A DNA stretch of 25,998 nt from Coraliomargaritaceae bacterium (lineage in GTDB: Bacteria; Verrucomicrobiota; Verrucomicrobiia; Opitutales; Coraliomargaritaceae), in assembly GCA_965656495.1 (NCBI GenBank), contig CBFHKU010000016.1:1-25998 (forward strand), given 5' to 3'. Below the pieces are notes generated by a model. That model saw only the letters and a list, made by a program, of their open reading frames with translations, searched no databases and was not told where the DNA came from. The position numbers were made by a program, and so were the translations under genes. Of the stretch, positions 19,498 to 25,998 are shown piece by piece; position 1 is the stretch's first letter, and each line of letters begins with the position of its first letter.

Positions 19498-20373
19498 ATG
19501 CACTACCTCGCCATCGTTTCTCTCATTTGGGCTTTTTCCTTTGGCCTGATTGGGAGTGCTTTGACGGGAGTGGATTCCTTTCTCGTCGCGACCCTGCGGT
19601 TGGGTTGCGCGACGCTGGTGTTTCTGCCCTTTTTACGACTGCAATCCATCGACGGAAGGAACGGGCTCCGACTTTTCCTCTATGGCGCGATTCAATTCGG
19701 GCTCATGTATGTCTGCTACATGAAGGCCTATCAATATTTGCCGTCACACCTCGTGGCGCTCTTCTCGATCCTCACTCCGGTCTATGTCGTCCTGATTCAC
19801 GATCTCCGCAGCCGGCAGTTTTCCACGCGCTATCTCCTCGCGGCGTTCCTCTCGGTCGCAGGGGCAGCCGCGATCAAAATACAGGGCGTCCCCACCGGTT
19901 CGATCTGGATTGGGTTCGCCCTCATGCAAGTGGCGGGGCTGTCCTTCGCCTTTGGGCAAGTCGCCTACCGCGATTGGAAGCGCGAGCATCCCGCCGTTCA
20001 CGACCATGCCGTTTTCGCGCTCCTCGCCCTCGGTGGTACCTGCTGTGCCGGACTCTGCAGTTTGTTTTTTGCCAACCCCGAAGCCCTCGCCATCAACCCC
20101 TCCCAATGGCAGGCGATTCTATACCTCGGCTGCATCGCCTCCGGGCTCGGCTTCTTCCTCTGGAACAAAGGCGCCAGCCGCAGTAACCCCGGCACCCTTG
20201 CCGCCTTCAATAACGCCTTAATTCCACTCGCGATGCTCTTTTCCCTCTTCATCTTCGGCGAGATCGAAACGGTCTCCGCTCAGGCCCTGCTCCGCCTCGC
20301 GCTCGGCGGATCCCTCATTGCGGGCGCTGTCATCGTGGCGACGCGGAAGAAAAGCCCACCTGCAACGGGCTGA
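19498..20373 (+). CDS. EamA/DMT transporter, YigM/BioP (biotin transporter)-like
   Basis: About 10 TM segments; IWAFSF, VDSF...LR, LVFLPFLR, GAIQFGLMY, LTPVYVVLIHD, ASGLGFFLWNKGA and GTLAAFNN recall E. coli YigM. Confidence 0.8.
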   Translation: MHYLAIVSLIWAFSFGLIGSALTGVDSFLVATLRLGCATLVFLPFLRLQSIDGRNGLRLFLYGAIQFGLMYVCYMKAYQYLPSHLVALFSILTPVYVVLIHDLRSRQFSTRYLLAAFLSVAGAAAIKIQGVPTGSIWIGFALMQVAGLSFAFGQVAYRDWKREHPAVHDHAVFALLALGGTCCAGLCSLFFANPEALAINPSQWQAILYLGCIASGLGFFLWNKGASRSNPGTLAAFNNALIPLAMLFSLFIFGEIETVSAQALLRLALGGSLIAGAVIVATRKKSPPATG

Positions 20374-20504
20374 ACTTTGGCGGTGGGCGAGTTGCCCGCT
20401 TCGGTTTTGATGCGGTCGTCGGCGGCGATGCGGGCTCTTATTTCAGCGCAGGGGTGTCAAAATAGGCGGCTTGATTTCTTACCAAATATGTGCGAAAGTA
20501 AGGA

Positions 20505-20780
20505 ATGTCAGTTTTGCAAGCCAAAGTCACCTCCAAGGGGCAAGTCACGCTGCCGAAGCAAATCCGGGAATCCCTTTCGATTCGGACCGGGGATCGGCTT
20601 GAGTTTTCACTGGACCCCTCAAACAAGATTTTGATCAGGAAAAAGAAGAAGCCAGGTTCATCGGCAGGGTGTGCAAAGCATCGGATCAGGCCCGGACAAA
20701 AGCCAATTACCGCAGCACAGATGGATGCAGCTATTCAGGATCATATGCGGAAAAAGTATTCACATCTAATTGTAAAGTAA
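20505..20780 (+). CDS. AbrB/MazE/SpoVT family antitoxin
   Basis: AKVTSKGQVTLPKQIRESLSIRTGDRLEF. Confidence 0.92.
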   Translation: MSVLQAKVTSKGQVTLPKQIRESLSIRTGDRLEFSLDPSNKILIRKKKKPGSSAGCAKHRIRPGQKPITAAQMDAAIQDHMRKKYSHLIVK

Positions 20781-21158
20781 GTGATCGCCTTTGATACCAA
20801 TCATTTGCTTCGCCATGTTTTGGATGATGATCCCAAGCAGGGTGCTCATGTTTGTGCGTTGATCGAGTCTGCTGTCGCCGCTGAAGCGCAGATACATCTT
20901 TTAGATTTAGTTTTAATGGAAGCCTGTTGGGTTCTCCAAAGTGTCATGGGGTTGGATCGGGATGGATGGAGTCAAGTCCTGGATGACCTCTTGCAGGATC
21001 CTGTGTTCTGCTTCGATGATTCAAATCGATTGCGGAAAGCCCTGGAAAGATATAGAAAGGGCAGGGCGGGTTTTGATGACTATCTGATCTTGGGTCACTC
21101 CGAGTCCATCGGTGCAAAGCTCGAAACCTTCGACAAAAAGCTCAAAAAGGAGATTTGA
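20781..21158 (+). CDS. vapC: VapC/PIN-domain toxin
   Basis: MIAFDTNHLLR...DDPKQ, VLMEACWVL, AGFDDYLI and TFDKKL; abuts the antitoxin stop. Confidence 0.9.
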   Translation: MIAFDTNHLLRHVLDDDPKQGAHVCALIESAVAAEAQIHLLDLVLMEACWVLQSVMGLDRDGWSQVLDDLLQDPVFCFDDSNRLRKALERYRKGRAGFDDYLILGHSESIGAKLETFDKKLKKEI

Positions 21159-21303
21159 TTAAGGACGAAAAGGGGGACCTTTGAGCAGCTTTAGCCCGTG
21201 AAAGAACGCTGCGGTATGGCAATCATTTGACAGGCGGAATGAAAGTTATCAAAAATTGGGCTTATTTAAATCCACCCTATAATTGTTAAGTATTAAGCAA
21301 TAT

Positions 21304-21669
21304 ATGAACAAAGACGAAATCCTAGCTCTCTTCGATAACTGGAATAACGCCCTCAAGACCGGCGATCCCAAAAAAGTAGCCGCGCTGTATTCCAAGGAAG
21401 CAATCCTCCTTCCCACCGTTTCCAATCAGGTCCGTCACAATCACGAGGAGATTGAGGACTACTTTGTCCATTTTCTTGCAAAGGTACCCGAAGGCACAAT
21501 TAACGAAGCCAATGTCCGGATCCATGATTCCATCGCAATCAACTCAGGGGTCTACACCTTCACCTTTGCCGATGGAGCCTCTGTGCAGGTACGCTTCACC
21601 TTTGTTTACGCCAAGAACGGCGCCACTTGGGAAATCATTGAGCACCATTCCTCCAAGATGCCCGAGTAG
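21304..21669 (+). CDS. COG4875/SgcJ-EcaC NTF2-like protein; probable iota-class carbonic anhydrase
   Basis: WNNALKTGDP, ILLPTVSN, IEDYFVHFL, SGVYTF, RFTFVY and C-terminal HHSSKMPE. TATAAT at 21278 upstream; no signal peptide. Confidence 0.8.
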   Translation: MNKDEILALFDNWNNALKTGDPKKVAALYSKEAILLPTVSNQVRHNHEEIEDYFVHFLAKVPEGTINEANVRIHDSIAINSGVYTFTFADGASVQVRFTFVYAKNGATWEIIEHHSSKMPE

Positions 21670-21706
21670 AGAGCCGGGCATCTTTTGAAAGCCCTGCGTG
21701 CAGCGA

Positions 21707-21838
21707 GCTGAAATGGTGGAGGTGGCGCGACGAGTCGCAGCCTACGGAGTTGTGAACACTTACTTGTTCGACTTCAGTTCCCGGATGATCGTTTTCGGAT
21801 TCTGTATAATAGCCGTTGCCGCCTCTGTCTGGTTCAGC
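21707..21838 (-). mobile_element. Two degenerate or truncated attC sites with a cassette-gene remnant between them
   Basis: Minus strand: GCTGAAC-CAGAC-AGAGGCGGCAACGGCTAT (left half, overlapping the upstream gene's stop); then IIQNPKTIIRELKSNK*, ending in GTCGAAC-AAGTA-AGTGTTCAC, whose right arm does not match. Confidence 0.5.
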
Positions 21839-22193
21839 CTTTAGTCTGTGTGTATGCTTGCTTGTCCAAAACATCTCCTTCCGGACTTAAAATTATCAGT
21901 TCTTTTCCGATGGGAATGATTACTTTTAAGATTTTACCGTTCGGGTCTAATTGATTCGCCCTCAGAAGAGTTCCATCTTCTGAGTAGTATGGAATCTCTG
22001 TATATTTCTTTTTACCTTTGCTGTCGTAGACGGTGAACTCTGTCACGATTCCTTCTTTGTTTGTTTTGTAGACTCCGCGGGTCTTGACGCTCCCGTCATC
22101 ATTGTAGGTAAAGTAGTCAGGTTTCTCTTTCCCTTGACTGAGTCCACTCAGGAGTAAGAGGGGGAGTAAGTAGAGCAATGTTTGTTTCATCAT
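21834..22193 (-). CDS. Secreted hypothetical protein with beta-hairpin repeats (MORN/YwqK-like); gene cassette
   Basis: Signal peptide; recurring YNDDGS, YDSKGK, YSEDGT, LDPNGK and LSPEGD; AT-rich. Confidence 0.7.
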   Translation of the reverse strand: MMKQTLLYLLPLLLLSGLSQGKEKPDYFTYNDDGSVKTRGVYKTNKEGIVTEFTVYDSKGKKKYTEIPYYSEDGTLLRANQLDPNGKILKVIIPIGKELIILSPEGDVLDKQAYTQTKG

Positions 22194-22209
22194 GATATTC
22201 TCTTTTTCA

Positions 22210-22273
22210 GGATAAGGCGGGGCATGATCGCGGCGCGTTAGCGAGGACGGTCACCTCCAGTGACTGGTTAGGT
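22210..22273 (-). mobile_element. Degenerate attC site
   Basis: Minus strand: ACCTAAC-CAGTC-ACTGGAGGT left half containing the TAA stop of the upstream gene; right arm and R' box decayed (CTTATCC). Confidence 0.55.
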
Positions 22274-22603
22274 CTTATACAACAAGATAATTGCGATGAC
22301 CAATTGGAGGAATGCAATGACAACTCCAATTATCATCAATCCTTTGAATTTTTTTTGCGTCTTAGAATTTTCAGTATTTAGTTTAGCAATTAATCGTTCC
22401 AACTGAATGTAATGTATTGATGTCGCCATAACATTGGGAAAATGTCTGACACGCTCATTCTGGATTCCCTCTTTAACTAAAATCCTAAGAATTTCTTTGA
22501 GTTCTTGATCTTTTTTCTCAAAAACCGCCCCCTCCATAAATTCCTCTCTAGCTTTAATAATGCTATCCGGAAGTTCTTTTAATTCTTCGTTTTCCTTACT
22601 CAT
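22268..22603 (-). CDS. Hypothetical protein with a C-terminal transmembrane helix; gene cassette
   Basis: 111 aa, charged helical N-part and hydrophobic GLMIIGVVIAFLQLVIAIILLY tail; bounded by complementary GTTAGGT and ACCTAAC. Confidence 0.75.
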   Translation of the reverse strand: MSKENEELKELPDSIIKAREEFMEGAVFEKKDQELKEILRILVKEGIQNERVRHFPNVMATSIHYIQLERLIAKLNTENSKTQKKFKGLMIIGVVIAFLQLVIAIILLYKT

Positions 22604-22610
22604 AAAATCT

Positions 22611-22666
22611 ACCTAACGTCGAAGACAGGCGCGGCGATAGCCTATGCCTGCTCTGGCTTGTACGGC
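22611..22666 (-). mobile_element. Integron attC site (56 bp, near-intact)
   Basis: Minus strand: GCCGTAC-AAGCC-AGA[G]CAGGC...GCCTGTCT-TCGAC-GTTAGGT. Two 5-nt spacers, extrahelical base at position 4 of L'', canonical GTTRRRY. Starts 2 nt after a stop and ends 7 nt before the next ATG. R'' has TAC instead of AAC. Confidence 0.75.
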
Positions 22667-22668
22667 AC

Positions 22669-23133
22669 TTATTTGTTGTATTTTTTACGCAAAGCAGACT
22701 GACTAGCTGCTAATTCTTCAGGTGATGCACCTTTGAACTTCTTCAAGACATATCGGTAAGCATCAACAATGGGAATCCTTAGATTGCTTGCCTGTTCATA
22801 GAAACAATCCACTTCTTCTGTGATGTCACCGAATCTGAAACCACTAATCATGAGACGATCTAAAGCAGGATAGGCAGCCCGAGCATTATCCTTCTCCTTT
22901 TGTACACTATCCATCTCAGATATAAGTAGAACAGCACCGTCTTCTACCCCTGAGAGATACATAATTTTTGCTTGAAGGTCTAATTTGATCCAAGGCTTCC
23001 CGTTCATCATCGAGAACGCAAAGACATCTGTCGTGAATCTTGTCTGTCCTTCTTGATCCTCAGCGGTCAGTACTACAAGTACTGATACAAATATACATAT
23101 TAATGATACGAGAGCTATTCTTTGTGTGTTCAT
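22669..23133 (-). CDS. Secreted/periplasmic hypothetical protein; gene cassette
   Basis: 154 aa with signal peptide; helical; weak resemblance to Rap1a-like immunity proteins (NGKPW...MYLSGVEDG...VDCFY). Confidence 0.7.
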   Translation of the reverse strand: MNTQRIALVSLICIFVSVLVVLTAEDQEGQTRFTTDVFAFSMMNGKPWIKLDLQAKIMYLSGVEDGAVLLISEMDSVQKEKDNARAAYPALDRLMISGFRFGDITEEVDCFYEQASNLRIPIVDAYRYVLKKFKGASPEELAASQSALRKKYNK

Positions 23134-23311
23134 TTTTTTGATTTCCTACTTGTCATCAAGCAAGGCATTTACGGCTTCCCAGATAAGCACACTAAAATTG
23201 AAAATTCAAATAAAAACCCTACTTAATATTGGGTTATTAACTTGTCAGATATCCTGCGCCGACTGCCGCAGACCTGCTTGCCCGTTAGCGTGGACGTCTC
23301 AATGGACGCGC

Positions 23312-23372
23312 AAAGATGACATGTTTGGAGTGTCGGTTTATCAACACTGGCATCGGCTATCATGTCATCTTT
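23312..23372. repeat. 61-nt palindromic element, copy 1 (inverted relative to copies 2 and 3)
   Basis: AAAGATGACATG-N37-CATGTCATCTTT with inner hairpin TGTCGGT-N8-ACTGGCA. Confidence 0.85.
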
Positions 23373-23472
23373 CTCAATGCACGAGCGTCGCTTTGCGTAA
23401 TGCTTCCAGCGATGATCGCTGTGCTGGAAAAATAGGTAGTTAAACTCAGAGTTGAGATGCGGGTGTTATCGC

Positions 23473-23506
23473 CTTGACTCATAACTTGACTAATACTTGA
23501 CTAATC
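23473..23506 (+). promoter_or_regulatory. Triple direct repeat (candidate operator) directly upstream of the Fic gene
   Basis: CTTGACTCATAA, CTTGACTAATA and CTTGACTAATC at 23473, 23485 and 23496; each contains a -35-like TTGACT. Confidence 0.6.
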
Positions 23507-23509
23507 GTG

Positions 23510-24523
23510 ATGGCATTTATCCCGAATTTTAGCATCTCCTCAAAGCTTCTTCAGCAGGTTGAAGCGATTGCTGCGCTGCGTGAAAGGATCAGCGCGGCAA
23601 GTATTGATTTGGCGTGGATTCCGGCACTTCAGAAGGACAGCAGAGCGCGAAATGCCCATGCATCTACCGCAATTGAGGGCAACCCTCTGACTCTTGAACA
23701 AGTTCGGGCAATTGAGGCAGGTCGTGAGGTTCTGAGCTCGGACGAAAAATCCAAGCGCGAAGTATTGAATTATTTTGCGGGGCTCAGGTTCATCGAGCAG
23801 CAAACGAAACTTGAGCGTATTCGTCATGAGCACCTTTTCGAGCTACACCGCATCCTTGCGGATGCGGTAATGGATCAAGGTAAAGCGGGGTGCTATCGCA
23901 CGATCCAAGTCCGTGTCGCTGAGCATTACCCGCCTCCGGCGCAGGATGTCTCAGCACTGATGCTGGAACTCCTGGATTGGTGGAATGACGAAGCACCAAA
24001 ACTTTCGCCTGTATTGAGCTCGTCGATACTCCATTATCGATTCGAGGACATTCACCCATTTGCCGATGGCAATGGTCGCACCGGCCGCGCTTTGGCGCTT
24101 TGGGAGCTCTACCGGCGCGGCTTTGATACCCATCATATTTTTTCGGTCGATGAATACTATTGGGAGAATCGACACAAATACTATGAAGTGCTCGCCGATG
24201 TGCCCAAGAAGTATGCGGGCGAGCTCAGTGATTGGTTGGAATACTCTGCCGAAGGTCTGAGGCTTAGTCTTGAGAGGGCCTGGATGAGAATCCAGAAGAT
24301 CGGTGGAGCGTCTCGAAGTAAGATCCTCATAAAGCCGAAGCAGGAAAAACTTCTTTTGCTGCTACGAGATCATGGGTCTATGGCACCCAAAGAAATTTGG
24401 GAAGCGCTCTCTATTTCCCGGCAAGGTGCTATGGATATAATCAATCCACTTCTTGAGGCAGGCATAATTAAAAAAGTTGGTTCGAAGAAGACCGGCCAAT
24501 ACCAACTTGTGAATGGCGGCTAA
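23510..24523 (+). CDS. Fic family protein with N-terminal inhibitory motif and C-terminal winged HTH
   Basis: Canonical HPFADGNGRTGR; STAIEGN fits (S/T)xxxE(G/N); C-terminal PKEIWEALSISRQ...GQYQL. Alternative start GTG 23507. Confidence 0.93.
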   Translation: MAFIPNFSISSKLLQQVEAIAALRERISAASIDLAWIPALQKDSRARNAHASTAIEGNPLTLEQVRAIEAGREVLSSDEKSKREVLNYFAGLRFIEQQTKLERIRHEHLFELHRILADAVMDQGKAGCYRTIQVRVAEHYPPPAQDVSALMLELLDWWNDEAPKLSPVLSSSILHYRFEDIHPFADGNGRTGRALALWELYRRGFDTHHIFSVDEYYWENRHKYYEVLADVPKKYAGELSDWLEYSAEGLRLSLERAWMRIQKIGGASRSKILIKPKQEKLLLLLRDHGSMAPKEIWEALSISRQGAMDIINPLLEAGIIKKVGSKKTGQYQLVNGG

Positions 24524-24631
24524 GAAAAGGAATAAGCGGGCATGTCGTTATCTTTGCAATAAGGTCTTGGAATAGCTGCTGCGCCGCTTTTCTACCTTAT
24601 GATAAAAGAGGTCATAAAAGCTCATTCTAGG

Positions 24632-25604
24632 TCAGGAAGTTCGTAGGAAATTGGAGGAATTTAGAGTAGGATAAGCCTAATATATCATTGAGGCCAACAA
24701 AGGTCTTACTCCTTGGATGTTTCAGCGGTGTTAGCCTGTAGAAACACCCTCCGCAGACTAATGCTCTGCATTGTCGCTTTTACGACAACTGCAGGATATT
24801 GAAAACCTCTGCTGCGCTCTCCGGTTGAATCAGGACTACCTGCGTCTCCGGATAACCAGCATGAGAGCAACAAATCCAGAAAGAAGGGCAAATGTGCTTG
24901 GTTCCGGCACAGCCGTGACACTGTGCAATACCCATTCTCCGCCCACGATTTCTCCTTCTCCGCCCATAAGGGTATTGGTTCCTATGTGAGTGAAGCTGCT
25001 ATTGTAGAAAATCCGGACTTGAGCCACATTACTCACAATCGAGTTAACTGTGGCAGTTCCATCACCCTGATGGAGTTCCAAATCTGCCAGATCAAAAAGC
25101 AAAGTTTTGCTTTTCTCCCCAATTGCTAAGGTCTTTGTTGAAGAATTGCCTGTTACTGCCCAAGGGCCACTTTTGCTACCGTTGGAAGAATATGCGATCC
25201 GCATGTCGTAATTCACATAATCGCTATCGATGTGGCTGACCACCGCTACCAGTGAGGAGATGCCTGACCAGTCGCCAGTCCAATTAGAAGACGAATTTAG
25301 AACAATAGCTTTACTTCCATTTATTTCAATACCGTTTTCTTCTACATCATCGTATTGCGAACTGGTTTGAAAATATCGACCTTGGCCGTACCCCCAACCA
25401 TCTCTATCGTTTATTGAATCGTAAGAAGATCCGGTGAAATCAGTCGTGGTGCCTACACTAATTGCGGCATGGCCGATAAGTGGAAAGAAAATAATAAATA
25501 GGGTAATATATTTTATTTTGTTGACGCTTCTTATCCTTTTTCCTCCTGTCAACACTGAAGTTTTCATTTTCAGCCAAAAGCATCGGTTTCAGGAAGTTCG
25601 TAGG
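24632..25604. repeat. 16-bp perfect direct repeat flanking the PEP-CTERM gene
   Basis: TCAGGAAGTTCGTAGG at 24632-24647 and 25589-25604. Confidence 0.8.
24836..25567 (-). CDS. PEP-CTERM sorting-domain surface protein
   Basis: Signal-like KIKYITLFIIFFPLIGHA, Ser/Thr/Gly-rich body, C-terminal VPEPSTFALLSGFVALMLVIRRRR. Start uncertain. Confidence 0.92.
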   Translation of the reverse strand: MKTSVLTGGKRIRSVNKIKYITLFIIFFPLIGHAAISVGTTTDFTGSSYDSINDRDGWGYGQGRYFQTSSQYDDVEENGIEINGSKAIVLNSSSNWTGDWSGISSLVAVVSHIDSDYVNYDMRIAYSSNGSKSGPWAVTGNSSTKTLAIGEKSKTLLFDLADLELHQGDGTATVNSIVSNVAQVRIFYNSSFTHIGTNTLMGGEGEIVGGEWVLHSVTAVPEPSTFALLSGFVALMLVIRRRR

Positions 25605-25616
25605 CAGAGAAAGGGA

Positions 25617-25677
25617 TAAGACGACATGGGATGAGTTGCCAGTGGTGTTAGACTGGCACTTGAACCATGTCATCATT
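25617..25677. repeat. 61-nt palindromic element, copy 2
   Basis: TAAGACGACATG-N37-CATGTCATCATT with inner TGCCAGT-N8-ACTGGCA. Confidence 0.85.
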
Positions 25678-25741
25678 ATGCCGGATACGGGGAGGGGACC
25701 ACCAAGGGTGAGAGTCACTCCCTCTTTTTGCGGAGCAAACA

Positions 25742-25763
25742 TGGTACTCGGGGAGGGACTTGA
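25742..25763 (-). mobile_element. tRNA 3'-end fragment (tRNA-Leu-like); probable att site of a tRNA-integrated island
   Basis: Minus strand TTCAAGTCCCTCCCGAGTACCA = T-loop, 3' T-stem, acceptor strand and CCA (apparently 1 nt short); no tRNA 5' half adjoins it. Confidence 0.6.
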
Positions 25764-25921
25764 ATTCTCCCCGCTGTAGTCGTAGAGATGGCTTCCCTAC
25801 TGATAATCTCAGTATTTATCGAGAATAGCCGTAGAATCTGTTTGCAGATTTTCGCATCCTCTAGCAGAAAAATTGGCACGAATCTGGCACGATTTATCAA
25901 GTCATTTGTACAGGAGCGCTT

Positions 25922-25974
25922 AAAGATGACATGGGAGGAGTTGCCAGTGGTGATAAACTGACACTCCTACCATG
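25922..25974. repeat. 61-nt palindromic element, copy 3 (right arm broken after CATG)
   Basis: AAAGATGACATG-N37-CATG, then unrelated sequence; 44/53 gapless identity to each of the other two copies. Confidence 0.85.
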
Positions 25975-25998
25975 AAGAATCAGAACCAACAACTCACT

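Noticed and set aside
22655..22666. GGCTTGTACGGC shared by the attC end and the REPIN spacer (3798-3809)
   Set aside because: Only 12 bp in unrelated structural contexts; treated as coincidence.
23134..23310. attI site or integron integrase upstream of the cassette array
   Set aside because: No GTTRRRY core directly before the first cassette gene and no tyrosine-recombinase ORF; the divergent gene is Fic.
23126..23443. 105-aa plus-strand ORF
   Set aside because: GTG start overlapping the divergent gene, runs through the non-coding palindrome, no recognisable features.
24541..24556. Possible fourth half-copy of the 61-nt element (CATGTCgttATCTTTG)
   Set aside because: Needs a 3-nt insertion and has no inner hairpin or partner arm.
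25690..25830. Complete tRNA gene
   Set aside because: Only the 3'-terminal 22 nt are tRNA-like; no D-arm, anticodon arm or 5' acceptor strand is visible.

Overview
Bacterial chromosomal window, probably Verrucomicrobiota (Opitutales-like; inferred from the PEP-CTERM protein and gene content, not proven). Left and centre: the 3' part of a trimeric autotransporter adhesin with 108-bp coding repeats, a lipoprotein, a phosphoglucomutase/phosphomannomutase, a ~520-bp REP/REPIN plus microsatellite intergenic structure, and a complete urtABCDE-ureABC-ureEFGD urea utilisation operon with a candidate sigma-54 promoter. From ~15.1 kb the window is accessory: a MEKHLA protein; a 1.3-kb phd-vapC islet bracketed by a 135-bp duplication of the msrA 3' end and carrying a His-rich ORF; msrA; a TonB-dependent receptor plus YigM/BioP-like transporter behind a BirA-like operator (candidate biotin uptake system); a second TA pair; an iota-carbonic-anhydrase-like protein; an integrase-less integron cassette array on the minus strand; a Fic-wHTH gene; a PEP-CTERM gene between 16-bp direct repeats; and a tRNA 3'-end fragment resembling a genomic-island att site. 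The least explained signal is a 61-nt imperfect palindrome present three times with identical geometry (23312, 25617, 25922). All calls are by eye; no database searches were run.
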